From: Planctomycetota bacterium
Lineage (GTDB): Bacteria; Planctomycetota; UBA1135; GCA-002748355
Direction: 5' to 3'
NCBI GenBank assembly: GCA_011321845.1
Contig: DROQ01000199.1
Coordinates: 2,895 to 66,894 of the forward strand
DNA length: 64,000 nucleotides
The notes below the pieces were generated by a model that saw nothing but the letters and a program-made list of their open reading frames with translations, was not told the origin of the DNA and searched no databases. Numbering within the stretch: position 1 is the stretch's first letter; every line of letters starts with the position of its first letter. Below, piece by piece: positions 1-9,025 of the stretch. The position numbers and the translations under genes were made by a program.

Positions 1-1
1 C

Positions 2-778
2 AGGGATCTCGAGCATCTGGGAGCCGGGCAGGAGAACGTCAGCTTCCGTTATGCCGATCTCCAGGCGCAGCCCCACCGTTACAACACGGCGCCGATGTGG
101 TCCGGGTTGATGCTCGACGGCCGGGCCTACGCCGCCTACTCCTACAACCATGACGAACTGATCCCCTGGAGGACCCTGACCGGGCGCCAGCACTTCTACC
201 TGGACCACGAGGTCTACCTCGCCTACGGCGAGCACCTCCCCACATACAAGCCCTCCCCCAAGCCGGAGGTCTATGGGGACTTGAAGAAGACCCTGGAGTC
301 GGGGGAGGCCAAGATCCTCAACTGCCTGACCCCCCACGGGAAATGGCACATCCACTCCACCTACATGGACAACCTCCGGATGCTCACCCTCTCTCGAGGC
401 TGCGAGCCCTGCTGGATCAGCGAGCCCGACGCCAAGGAGCTGGGGATCGAGGACAACGACTGGGTGGAGGTCTACAACGACCACGGGGTCTACTGCACGC
501 GCGCCGTGGTGAGTTCGAGGATTCCCAAGGGGGTCTGCATCGTCTACCACGTTCCCGAGCGGACCATCGGGATCCCCAAATCCCAGGTGCGCGGCTACAA
601 ACGGGCCGGGGGCCACAACAGCCTGACTCGTGTCCACCTCAAGCCGAATTTCCTGGCCGGAGGCTATGGCCAGTTCACCTACCACTTCAACTACTGGGGG
701 CCCATCGCTCCCAACCGAGACACGCATGTGACGGTGAAGAAGATGACCAAAGTCGTCTTCCATGGCCGTCCCGATTGA
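2..778 (+). CDS. narG: Respiratory nitrate reductase alpha subunit NarG, C-terminal fragment (5' end lies outside the window)
   Basis: The frame is open from nt 2. The translation ([71 protein letters not shown]) matches the conserved NarG C-terminus. narH follows directly. Confidence 0.9.
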   Translation, partial: RDLEHLGAGQENVSFRYADLQAQPHRYNTAPMWSGLMLDGRAYAAYSYNHDELIPWRTLTGRQHFYLDHEVYLAYGEHLPTYKPSPKPEVYGDLKKTLESGEAKILNCLTPHGKWHIHSTYMDNLRMLTLSRGCEPCWISEPDAKELGIEDNDWVEVYNDHGVYCTRAVVSSRIPKGVCIVYHVPERTIGIPKSQVRGYKRAGGHNSLTRVHLKPNFLAGGYGQFTYHFNYWGPIAPNRDTHVTVKKMTKVVFHGRPD

Positions 779-874
779 TCGATCGAAACCTGGTTGTCGT
801 CCGGGTCTCGATCTTCTCGGGGCCCTTGATTCAGAAGAGCGCATTCAAAACGAAGAGAAAGAAAGGACCGAACA

Positions 875-2428
875 ATGGATATCAGATCCCAGATCTCGAT
901 GGTCTTCCACCTGGACAAGTGCATTGGCTGCCACACCTGCTCCATCGCCTGCAAGAACATCTGGACCGACCGCAAGGGGGCCGAGTACCAGTGGTGGAAC
1001 AACGTGGAGACGAAGCCTGGAACCGGCTATCCCACCAAGTGGGAGGACCAGGACATCTACAAGGGTGGCTGGGAGAAGAAGGGGGATGACATCGACCTGA
1101 AGGGAGCCGGGCATCGGAAGAGCCTGACCAACATCTTCCACAATCCCCACCTCCCCCAAATCGATGACTACTACGAGCCCTTCACTTACAAGTACCTCGA
1201 CCTGATCGAGTCGGGGCCTTCCTCGGACCAGCCCACGGCCCGGCCCGTGTCCTTGATCACCGGCAAGCCGATGAACATCAAGTCGGGACCCAACTGGGAC
1301 GACGATCTCAGCGGCACCCCCGACTATGCCAGGCAGGACCCCAACCTGGAGGCAGTGACCCCGGCGGAAAAGGAGGCCCTGTTCCAACTGGAGCGGATGG
1401 CGATGTTCTACCTCCCCCGGATCTGCAACCACTGCCTCAACCCTGCCTGCGTCGCTTCCTGCCCCTCGGGCGCGATCTACAAGCGAGGCGAGGACGGCGT
1501 GGTCCTGATCAACCAGGATGTCTGCCGCGGCTGGCGCATGTGCATCACGGCCTGCCCCTACAAGAAGACCTATTACAACTGGAACTCCGGCAAGTCTGAG
1601 AAGTGCATTCTCTGCTTCCCCCGGATCGAGTCGGGCCTGGCACCGGCATGTATGCACTCCTGCGTGGGGCGCATCCGTTATCTCGGGGTGGTCCTCTATG
1701 ACGCCGACCGCATCCACGAGGCCGCGAGCGCTCCCGATGAGAGCCTTGTCGATGCCCACCTCAACATCATCCTCGATCCCTTCGACGAGGAGGTCATCAA
1801 GGCCGCCAAGGAGAATGGTGTCGCGGATTCGACCATCCGAGCCGCCCAGCAATCTCCGACCTACAAGTTCACCAAGGTCTGGAAGATGGCCCTCCCGCTC
1901 CACTCGGAGTTCCGAACGATGCCGATGCTGTTCTACGTCCCGCCCCTTCTCCCGGTCATGGCCTCGATCCGCAATGTGGACCAGAGCGCCCAAAAGGAGA
2001 AGATGAACGACAAGGCCAAGGTCTGGCCCGACAAGTGGCTCTACGATACGAGCACGGATGAGCTGTTCGGGTCCATCCACCAGGCGCGCTTCCCCATGAA
2101 GTACATGGCCGAGATGTTCTCGGTGGGGGACGAGAGCAGGGTCGAGGAGGTCATGAAGAAGCTGATGGCCGTGCGCATCCATCGGCGGCAGGTCACGGTA
2201 GGGGACATCAGCAAGGAGAAGGCCGCCGAGACCTTGGCAGAGGCCGGATTGACGGCGGAGGAGGCCGAGGAGATTTATTACCTCACCTCCCTGGCCAAGT
2301 TCGATGATCGTTTCGTGATCCCTGCGGCTCACCGGGAGCAGGCCATCGAGTTGATGGAATTCGCCGGGGACGAGAAGGGAAGCGCGGGCTTCGGTTTCAA
2401 GGACGGCTCCGCCAAGAGAGGGCTCTGA
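875..2428 (+). CDS. narH: Respiratory nitrate reductase beta subunit NarH (Fe-S subunit)
   Basis: The 517-aa protein has the typical NarH N-terminus MDIRSQISMVFHLDKCIGCHTCSIACKNIWT. It also has ferredoxin-type Cys clusters (CNHCLNPACVASCP, CRGWRMCITACPYKK, CILCFPRIE). Confidence 0.95.
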   Translation: MDIRSQISMVFHLDKCIGCHTCSIACKNIWTDRKGAEYQWWNNVETKPGTGYPTKWEDQDIYKGGWEKKGDDIDLKGAGHRKSLTNIFHNPHLPQIDDYYEPFTYKYLDLIESGPSSDQPTARPVSLITGKPMNIKSGPNWDDDLSGTPDYARQDPNLEAVTPAEKEALFQLERMAMFYLPRICNHCLNPACVASCPSGAIYKRGEDGVVLINQDVCRGWRMCITACPYKKTYYNWNSGKSEKCILCFPRIESGLAPACMHSCVGRIRYLGVVLYDADRIHEAASAPDESLVDAHLNIILDPFDEEVIKAAKENGVADSTIRAAQQSPTYKFTKVWKMALPLHSEFRTMPMLFYVPPLLPVMASIRNVDQSAQKEKMNDKAKVWPDKWLYDTSTDELFGSIHQARFPMKYMAEMFSVGDESRVEEVMKKLMAVRIHRRQVTVGDISKEKAAETLAEAGLTAEEAEEIYYLTSLAKFDDRFVIPAAHREQAIELMEFAGDEKGSAGFGFKDGSAKRGL

Positions 2429-2430
2429 GC

Positions 2431-3126
2431 ATGGGACTCCCCGAGTTCGCTCTCTTCGCGCCGATCTTCGATTATCCGGAGCCCGGATATGGGGAGAGAG
2501 TTGCGGCCGCCCATGAAATGGTCCGGGGGCTCTATCCCCAGGCTCTGGAGGAGATGGATCGATTCACCAGGGCTCTCGGATTGCGCGATGGGGCCTGCGA
2601 AGGAGAGCGGCTCGACGCCATCCAGGAACTCTATACGAGGACCTTCGACATCCAGCCCATCACGACTCTGGACGTGGGCTTCGTTCTCTTCGGCGACGAC
2701 TACAAGCGGGGCGAGATCCTCTCCAACCTGAACAAGGAGCACATCGCCTCCGGGAACTCCTGCGGGAACGAACTGGCCGACCACCTCCCCAACCTCTTGC
2801 GCTTGATTGCGATCAAGGGAAAGGACCCCTTTGTCCGGGAACTGGTGGACATGATCCTCGCTCCCGCCTTGCGCGCCATGCTCCGGGAGTTCGATCCCGA
2901 ACGTGTCGCGAAAAAGAATGAGTACTACAAGAAGCAGTACAAGACTCTGATCGAGACTCCCAATGTGGAATCGATCGCCTATCGGTACGCCCTCCGGGCC
3001 TGTTACATCATCCTCTCCACCGAGTTCGAGTTGCCTGAGGTGGACGCCGCCGAGGTCGAGCTGAACTGTGACTTCCTGAAGTCTCTTCAGGTGGAGAACA
3101 AGACCGAGGACATCAAAGGGTCCTGA
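2431..3126 (+). CDS. narJ: Nitrate reductase molybdenum cofactor assembly chaperone NarJ (TorD-like)
   Basis: It sits between narH and narI and starts 3 nt after the narH stop. It carries the NarJ-like motif ELYTRTFDIQP...FGDDYKRGEILSNL...ELADHLPNLLRLIA. Confidence 0.8.
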   Translation: MGLPEFALFAPIFDYPEPGYGERVAAAHEMVRGLYPQALEEMDRFTRALGLRDGACEGERLDAIQELYTRTFDIQPITTLDVGFVLFGDDYKRGEILSNLNKEHIASGNSCGNELADHLPNLLRLIAIKGKDPFVRELVDMILAPALRAMLREFDPERVAKKNEYYKKQYKTLIETPNVESIAYRYALRACYIILSTEFELPEVDAAEVELNCDFLKSLQVENKTEDIKGS

Positions 3127-3196
3127 TGCGCTACGGAATCCTGAAGAACACGAAAGAGCATGTGAGCCCGGAAATGAGCGGGCAAAGAGGAGAAAT

Positions 3197-3925
3197 ATGA
3201 GCTTCTTCGAAAGTTTTCTGTTTGTGGGACTCCCCTATCTCGCCTTGGGGGTCTTCCTGATCGGTTCGATCTGGCGTTACCGCGGAAACGGATACAAGGT
3301 GTCTTCGCTCTCCTCCCAGTTCCTGGAGGGGAAGAAGCTGTTCTGGGGGTCGGTTCCCTTCCACCTGGGGATGATCGTAGTCTTTCTGGGGCATCTCCTC
3401 GCCTTCCTGATTCCCTCCGGAATCCTTGCCTGGAATGCCCACCCGCTGCGCCTCCTTGTGCTGGAGATCACCGGCTACGCCTTTGGGCTCAGCTTCCTTG
3501 TGGGGCTGGGCCAGCTCTTCTGGCGGCGCATCACCAACCCCAGGATCCAGGTGGTCACGAATGAAATGGATGTGATCATCGAACTCCTCCTCCTGGTCCA
3601 GATCATCCTTGGGCTCTGTGTCGCCATCTTCTACCGCTGGGGGTCGAGCTGGTTCGCCTCCGACCTGGCTCCCTATCTCTGGTCCATCCTCCTGTTCCGG
3701 CCCGATCCCGAGGCAGTCCTCGCCATGCCCCTCCTGGTGCAACTGCACATCATCAACGCATTTTTGATCATCCTCTTGATCCCTTTCACGCGCCTGATGC
3801 ACCTCCTTGTGGCTCCCTTCCACTACATCGGGCGTCCCTACCAGCGGGTCATCTGGAACTGGGATCGGAAAAAGGTGAGGAATCCCGGGGAACGCTGGTC
3901 GCCGACGAGGCCCAAAAACAACTGA
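3197..3925 (+). CDS. narI: Respiratory nitrate reductase gamma subunit NarI (membrane di-heme b)
   Basis: The 242-aa protein is multi-TM with a NarI-like N-terminus (MSFFESFLFVGLPYLALGVFLIGSIWRY) and a conserved tail (FTRLMHLLVAPFHYIGRPYQ). Confidence 0.9.
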   Translation: MSFFESFLFVGLPYLALGVFLIGSIWRYRGNGYKVSSLSSQFLEGKKLFWGSVPFHLGMIVVFLGHLLAFLIPSGILAWNAHPLRLLVLEITGYAFGLSFLVGLGQLFWRRITNPRIQVVTNEMDVIIELLLLVQIILGLCVAIFYRWGSSWFASDLAPYLWSILLFRPDPEAVLAMPLLVQLHIINAFLIILLIPFTRLMHLLVAPFHYIGRPYQRVIWNWDRKKVRNPGERWSPTRPKNN

Positions 3926-4001
3926 GGATCCTTTTTCCCCATTTGCGCTCATGAGTTCCCTGGGGGACCTTTGAGCTGGGTTCTGATGAAAGGTTTGAAA
4001 C

Positions 4002-5558
4002 ATGCAAGAAGTTGTCAATCGAGATTCTTACAGGGCCCTGGCGATGAGCACCATCGCCTTCACGGTTTGTTTCGCGGCCTGGATGCTCAACGGTGTCTTG
4101 GTGACCTTTCTTGTGGAAAACCAGATCTTCGACTGGTCCTACAAGAGAATGGGTTGGTTGATCGGAATCCCGGTCCTCACCGGATCCATCTTCCGCCTGC
4201 CTGCGGGGATCCTGACGGATAAGTATGGAGGGAAGCCGATTTATTCGGCCCTCCTCTTCCTTTGCGCCATCCCCATGTTCCTGCTTTCGTATGCCAACAG
4301 CTACCTGGCTTTCGCTCTGTGCAGCTTTGGTTTCGGTCTCGCCGGGGTGAGCTTCTCCATCGGGATCGCCTACACCTCGGTCTGGTTCCCCAAGCATCGG
4401 CAGGGGACCGCCCTCGGCATCTTCGGCGCGGGGAACGCGGGAGCGGCGTTGACGACTTTGTTTGCCCCGAACCTTTTGATCCAGTTGACCGATTCCGGGA
4501 AGGACGCCGATGGCTGGCGACAACTCCCCGTCTACTACGCGATCCTCCTCGTGGTCATGGGGGTCCTTTTCCTGGCTTTGACCAAGAACAAGAAACCTGC
4601 GAGCGCGACCAAAACCCTCCCCCAACGCTTGGAACCCCTCAAGCACATGAGGGTCTGGCGTTTCGGGCTCTACTATTTTCTGGTCTTCGGGGGTTTTGTC
4701 GCCTTCTCCCAGTGGCTGAATCCCTATTTCGTGAACGCTTACGAGATGGATCTGGCGCTGGCGGGTTATTTGGCCTCCGCCTTCAGCTTTCCCTCGGGGG
4801 TGATTCGTGCCGTGGGTGGCTGGCTCTCGGACAAGTTCGGGGCGAGGACAGTCATGTATTGGGTGCTGGGGAGTTCCCTCGTGATCAGCCTTCTCTTGAT
4901 TGTGCCTCGTATGGCCATCGAAGCTCCGGGTAAGGGAGTCATGGCCAAGCGGAACGGGATCGTGACCAAGGTCGAGCCGGATCGAGTCGTCGTAGAGGAG
5001 GTCGCCCTCAGCGGAAAGAAGCTGGGGCCGAGGACCTACAAGCTGATCCCGAAGCCCAAAAAGATCATTGGGCTTGGAAGGACCGAGGGTGAGGAACGAA
5101 CCTTGATCTTTCCCACCAAGCAGATGTGGCAGATTCCGCGTGTCAAGGAGGGTCAGAAGATCCAGAAAAAGGGCCTCGTTGCCAAGGGAAGAACGCGGAT
5201 CTTCTTCCAGGCCAATGTCTGGATCTTCGCGATCCTGGTCGTGCTTCTTGGATCGATTTGGGGGATCGGGAAGGCGGCGGTCTACAAGCACATCCCAGAT
5301 TACTTCCCAGAGGACGTGGGGGTCGTGGGGGGGATGGTGGGAGTCCTCGGGGGCTTGGGGGGCTTCGTCTGCCCGGTCCTCTTCGGCTACCTCCTTTCAT
5401 GGACCGGACTCTGGAGCAGCTGCTGGCTTTTGATCGGAGCCCTCTCCGCCGTCAGCTTGATCTGGATGCACATTGTCGTTCGCAGGATCACAAGGGCGCA
5501 CGCCCCGGGGATCGCGGACGACTTCGAAAGTGGTTCGGCCTCTCAGCAGCAGGCCTAA
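4002..5558 (+). CDS. narK: MFS nitrate/nitrite transporter, NarK family, with a ~100-aa hydrophilic insertion
   Basis: It has an MFS NarK-like N-terminal half (GWLIGIPVLTGSIFRLPAGILTDKYGGKP) and C-terminal helices. It lies directly downstream of narI. Confidence 0.8.
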   Translation: MQEVVNRDSYRALAMSTIAFTVCFAAWMLNGVLVTFLVENQIFDWSYKRMGWLIGIPVLTGSIFRLPAGILTDKYGGKPIYSALLFLCAIPMFLLSYANSYLAFALCSFGFGLAGVSFSIGIAYTSVWFPKHRQGTALGIFGAGNAGAALTTLFAPNLLIQLTDSGKDADGWRQLPVYYAILLVVMGVLFLALTKNKKPASATKTLPQRLEPLKHMRVWRFGLYYFLVFGGFVAFSQWLNPYFVNAYEMDLALAGYLASAFSFPSGVIRAVGGWLSDKFGARTVMYWVLGSSLVISLLLIVPRMAIEAPGKGVMAKRNGIVTKVEPDRVVVEEVALSGKKLGPRTYKLIPKPKKIIGLGRTEGEERTLIFPTKQMWQIPRVKEGQKIQKKGLVAKGRTRIFFQANVWIFAILVVLLGSIWGIGKAAVYKHIPDYFPEDVGVVGGMVGVLGGLGGFVCPVLFGYLLSWTGLWSSCWLLIGALSAVSLIWMHIVVRRITRAHAPGIADDFESGSASQQQA

Positions 5559-5595
5559 TCCGGAAACGTTCTTAGGAATCCTTGAGGAGAATCGG

Positions 5596-7209
5596 ATGGG
5601 ACAGGACTTGAAGAATTGGGATCCCGAAAACCCTGAACAGTGGGAAAGTACGGGAAAGAAGATCGCGAACCGGAACCTCTGGATTTCGATCCCCTGTCTG
5701 CTCTGCGGGTTTGCGGTTTGGCTCTACTGGGGGATCATCACGGTTCAGATGCTGAACCTGGGTTTCCCCTTCCCTAAACCGGAACTTCTCACCCTTATGG
5801 GGATCGCAGGGCTTTCCGGGGCGACGCTCCGGATTCCCTCGACCTTCTTGATCCGCATGGCGGGGGGAAGGAACACGATCTTCCTGACGACGGCCTTGTT
5901 GATCATTCCCGCCCTGGGGACGGGGATCTTGCTCAATGACATCAACACTCCCCTCTGGAAGTTCCAGATCATGGCCCTGCTCTCCGGGTTCGGCGGGGGC
6001 AACTTCGCCTCCTCCATGTCCAACATCAGCTACTTCTTTCCCAAGAAGATCCAGGGCTACGCGCTGGGAATGAACGCGGGCCTGGGGAACTTCGGGGTCA
6101 CGACCATGCAGATCCTGATCCCCTTCGTCATGACGGTTTCCCTCTTCGGGGCCACGGCCATGGTCCTGAAGGCCCCATCCGGGACCCTGATCGGCAAGAT
6201 TCCTCCCGGGACCACCACTTATATCGCGAACGCGGGGTATATCTGGGTGGCCATTCTCATCCCCTTGGTCATCGCGGCCTGGTTCGGGATGAACAACATC
6301 GTGGATGAGCACGTCTCCCCCAACATCGGGGGAACCATGGCCGCCTTCGGCAAGATCCTGGGCATGCTCCTCATTGGGCTGGTCACGGCTTCCATCGGCC
6401 TTCTCCTTTATCTCCCCGAGACCAAAGGGGGCTTCTACCTCTTTCCCATCCACCGCTGGATTGTCCTTCCGCTGGTTGTCGTGCTCACAGTGTTCAGTTT
6501 GAAGCTCTTTACACCGCGCTCCATCAAGAGCAGCCTGGACCGCCAATACAAAATCTTCAAAAACAAGCACACCTGGGCCATGACCATCATCTACACGATG
6601 ACTTTTGGCTCTTTCATCGGGTTTGCGGCGGCCTTTGGTTTCGCGATCAAGGTGATCTTCGGTTACCAGCATCTCATGGTGGATGGGGTCATGACCCATG
6701 ACACGATCAACAAGGCGGGTCCGAGCGCTTTGATGTGGGCCTGGACGGGTCCCTTCATCGGGGCCTTGATCCGCCCCGTGGGTGGGGTCATCGCCGACAA
6801 GGTGGGAGGGGCCCTGGTGACCCAGATCATCTCGGTCATCATGGTCCTCAGTTCCGTGGGGGTGGCCTATTTCATGCATCTTGCCTATGCCTCGGCGACA
6901 CCGCAGGAATACTTCGTTCCCTTCCTGATCCTCTTCCTGGTCCTGTTCACGGCGACCGGAATCGGAAACGGTTCGACCTTCCGCACGATCGCGGTGGTCT
7001 TCGACAAGGAGCAGGCCGGTCCGGTCCTGGGCTGGACTTCGGCTGTCGCTGCCTATGGGGCCTTCATCATTCCGATCGAGTTCAAGGGGCAGATCAAGGC
7101 CACGACCCCCGAATACGCCCTCTATGGCTTTGCCGCCTTCTACCTGGTCTGCATCGTCATCAACCACTGGTTCTACCTGAGAAAGAACGCCTACGTGAAG
7201 AACCCATAA
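5596..7209 (+). CDS. narK: Second NarK-family nitrate/nitrite transporter (NarK2-like antiporter type)
   Basis: The ATG at 5596 is preceded by GAGGAG. The N-terminus MGQDLKNWDPENPEQWESTGKKIANRNLWISIPCLL is typical of NarK2-type porters, and the protein is polytopic. The upstream part of ORF 5473.. is basic and low-complexity and overlaps the previous gene. Confidence 0.85.
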   Translation: MGQDLKNWDPENPEQWESTGKKIANRNLWISIPCLLCGFAVWLYWGIITVQMLNLGFPFPKPELLTLMGIAGLSGATLRIPSTFLIRMAGGRNTIFLTTALLIIPALGTGILLNDINTPLWKFQIMALLSGFGGGNFASSMSNISYFFPKKIQGYALGMNAGLGNFGVTTMQILIPFVMTVSLFGATAMVLKAPSGTLIGKIPPGTTTYIANAGYIWVAILIPLVIAAWFGMNNIVDEHVSPNIGGTMAAFGKILGMLLIGLVTASIGLLLYLPETKGGFYLFPIHRWIVLPLVVVLTVFSLKLFTPRSIKSSLDRQYKIFKNKHTWAMTIIYTMTFGSFIGFAAAFGFAIKVIFGYQHLMVDGVMTHDTINKAGPSALMWAWTGPFIGALIRPVGGVIADKVGGALVTQIISVIMVLSSVGVAYFMHLAYASATPQEYFVPFLILFLVLFTATGIGNGSTFRTIAVVFDKEQAGPVLGWTSAVAAYGAFIIPIEFKGQIKATTPEYALYGFAAFYLVCIVINHWFYLRKNAYVKNP

Positions 7210-7376
7210 AGCCATGGGGAAGAGGCTTTGGCCTCTCTGCCAGGAAAACCCAGGGAGAAGCCTCGTTTCCCCAATGCCGGGGGCTGCGGGGCTTTTTTCC
7301 TACCGGTTCCTCGGGATTGGCCGAATCTGTTAAGCTTGGGCCTTCCTCACGTCCTTTCTTCTTCCCTTCGAGATCG

Positions 7377-8780
7377 ATGAATCGCACGTTTCTGAGCATG
7401 GCCCTGATCGGAGTGGCCACAACTTCTCTCTTTGGGCAGTTCAAGCTGGTCCAGGTCACGAAAAACCTGGACTACCCCACATGCCTCGCCCCGACGCCGG
7501 ATGGGCGGATCTTCGTGACCGAACGGCTTTCGGGGGCGATCAAAATCTTCGACACCAAGACGGGGAAGGTGCTGGCGAAACCCTTCGCCACTCTTCCCAA
7601 CAAGGAGAGCGGGGATCACAGCGAGCGGGGGGTCCTGGGGATCGCCCTGGATCCAGCCTGGCCGACCAGGCCCTATGTCTATGTGCTGCAGCACTACACC
7701 AAGGGGACCAAGTTCGCCGCGCGACTGGTGCGTTTCACCGCGAGCGGGAATCTAGCTGTCAAGCGGACGGATCTTTTGGTCAACCTGCCTTCGGCCCATG
7801 TCCACAATGGGGGAACTCTGGGTTTTGGTCCGGACGGCAAGCTCTATTCGGCGGTGGGCGATTTTGGCATCGGCAAGAACGCGCAGGACAGATCCGCCGC
7901 GAATCCCGCGGGCAAGATGCACCGCTACAACCCCGATGGAAGCATCCCCAAGGACAATCCCTTCGGCGGGGCGAACAGCCAGTACGCCTTGGGACTCCGG
8001 AATTGTTTCGGTTTCGACTGGCACCCCTTCACCAAGGATTTTTTCGCGGGGGACAATGGGCCGACGACCACCGACGAGCTGAACATCCTGAAGGCGGGGA
8101 AGAACTATGGCTGGCCCACCGAACTGGGGAACCAGAACAAACCCGGCCTGGAGAAGCCCCTCAAGACCTGGACCCCGACATTGGGGCCTTGCAGCCTGAC
8201 CTTTTATCGGGGGAAGGCTTATCCTTCGGAATGGGTCAACAGCCTCTGGTTCGTGGCCCACAACGGGAGTATTCGCATCCTCAAGCTGGCGGGGAAGCCG
8301 GCCGACCGGGTGCTCTCGGAGACGGTGCTCAAGGGGATCTCGTTTCCGGTGGACGCGAAAGTGGCTGCCGACGGCAAGTTCTATGTGACTTCTCACCTGC
8401 CCAAGGGGGGACTTTTTCGGGTGGACTGGACGGGGAGGGCGCCGGTCCTCCCCGATCTGGCGAGCCAGGGGGACGCGGTGCTGGGAGGCAAGGTCCTGCT
8501 GAGTCACCGGGGGACGGAGGGGGCATTGGTTCTCCAGGTTCTGGGCACGCCGATCCAGCCGGTGGGCACTCCCTGGGGGAGGTTGGGTTTGCAGCCTCTT
8601 CTGGTTTTTCCGATGGGGACTGTGGGGACCAAGGGGGTGGCGAAGGGGTTTGTCGATGTTCTGCTGAACATTCCCAATCTCAGTACCTTGCGCGGTGCGA
8701 AGGTGGCGATCCAGTCCTTCGAGCTGCCTGCCCAGGGCTCTCCCCGCCTCTCCCCGCCCCTCCTCCTGCAACTCCGGTAG
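7377..8780 (+). CDS. Secreted PQQ-dependent sugar (glucose/sorbosone) dehydrogenase-like beta-propeller, with an extra C-terminal module
   Basis: It has a signal peptide (MNRTFLSMALIGVATTSLFG). sGDH-family motifs are present (PDGRIFVTERLSGAIKIFD, ERGVLGIALDP, HNGGTLGFGPDGKLY, GLRNCFGFDWHP, NYGWP). The start was chosen at the ATG at 7377 inside ORF 6735..8780, because the upstream part overlaps narK. Confidence 0.75.
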   Translation: MNRTFLSMALIGVATTSLFGQFKLVQVTKNLDYPTCLAPTPDGRIFVTERLSGAIKIFDTKTGKVLAKPFATLPNKESGDHSERGVLGIALDPAWPTRPYVYVLQHYTKGTKFAARLVRFTASGNLAVKRTDLLVNLPSAHVHNGGTLGFGPDGKLYSAVGDFGIGKNAQDRSAANPAGKMHRYNPDGSIPKDNPFGGANSQYALGLRNCFGFDWHPFTKDFFAGDNGPTTTDELNILKAGKNYGWPTELGNQNKPGLEKPLKTWTPTLGPCSLTFYRGKAYPSEWVNSLWFVAHNGSIRILKLAGKPADRVLSETVLKGISFPVDAKVAADGKFYVTSHLPKGGLFRVDWTGRAPVLPDLASQGDAVLGGKVLLSHRGTEGALVLQVLGTPIQPVGTPWGRLGLQPLLVFPMGTVGTKGVAKGFVDVLLNIPNLSTLRGAKVAIQSFELPAQGSPRLSPPLLLQLR

Positions 8781-8981
8781 GTGCAGCAGAAAACGCCAGT
8801 AGAAAACGCCTCCAGGCGTTTTTTGTAGGAAAAGCCTCCAGGCTTTTCAGGGAAACGCCTGGAGGCGTTCCCTACATGAAACACCTGGAGGTGTTTCCTA
8901 CACGAAACGTCTGGAGACGTTTCCTACATGAAACGCCTGGAGGCGTTCCCTACCGGCGTTCCCTACTGCAGAGTTTTCTAC
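8777..8981. repeat. Nested array of six short stem-loops built from one 12-13 nt half-site, with 26-nt periodicity and a terminal inverted repeat
   Basis: Read directly from the sequence. The stem-loops are at 8803-8822, 8830-8847, 8854-8869, 8878-8897, 8904-8923 and 8932-8947. Half-sites lie at 8789-8797 and 8955-8966. A terminal inverted repeat pairs GTAGAAAAC (8799-8807) with GTTTTCTAC (8973-8981). Confidence 0.9.
8803..8826 (+). terminator. Possible intrinsic terminator of the PQQ dehydrogenase gene (first hairpin of the array)
   Basis: The hairpin AAAACGCC-TCCA-GGCGTTTT runs into a T6 tract 23 nt after the stop codon. The upstream A-run makes it look bidirectional. Confidence 0.45.
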
Positions 8982-9025
8982 GCACCTTTGCATGCGGGGA
9001 GCATCCCTGGAATCATTGGGAGGCA

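Noticed and set aside
845-7215. Long antisense ORFs opposite narH (845-2332), narK (3849-5291) and the second narK (5572-7215). Similar ones lie opposite the hydrolase (20702-22345), gldG (37065-38711) and ppiC (40633-42264).
   Set aside because: These are the same GC-driven artefact. The sense strand carries unmistakable conserved proteins in each case.
8777-8981. CRISPR array interpretation of the 26-nt periodic repeats
   Set aside because: There are no unique spacers. The whole unit repeats, the units are themselves palindromic and change orientation, the period is too short, and no cas genes are present.
7481-9025. N-terminal 515 codons of ORF 7481-13843, which would make the helicase 2120 aa. 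The same issue applies to the N-terminal 214 codons of ORF 6735-8780.
   Set aside because: These extensions overlap the real PQQ dehydrogenase and narK genes in another frame and read through the hairpin array. They are Arg/Gly/Pro-rich. Good internal ATG starts with an RBS exist at 9026 and 7377.
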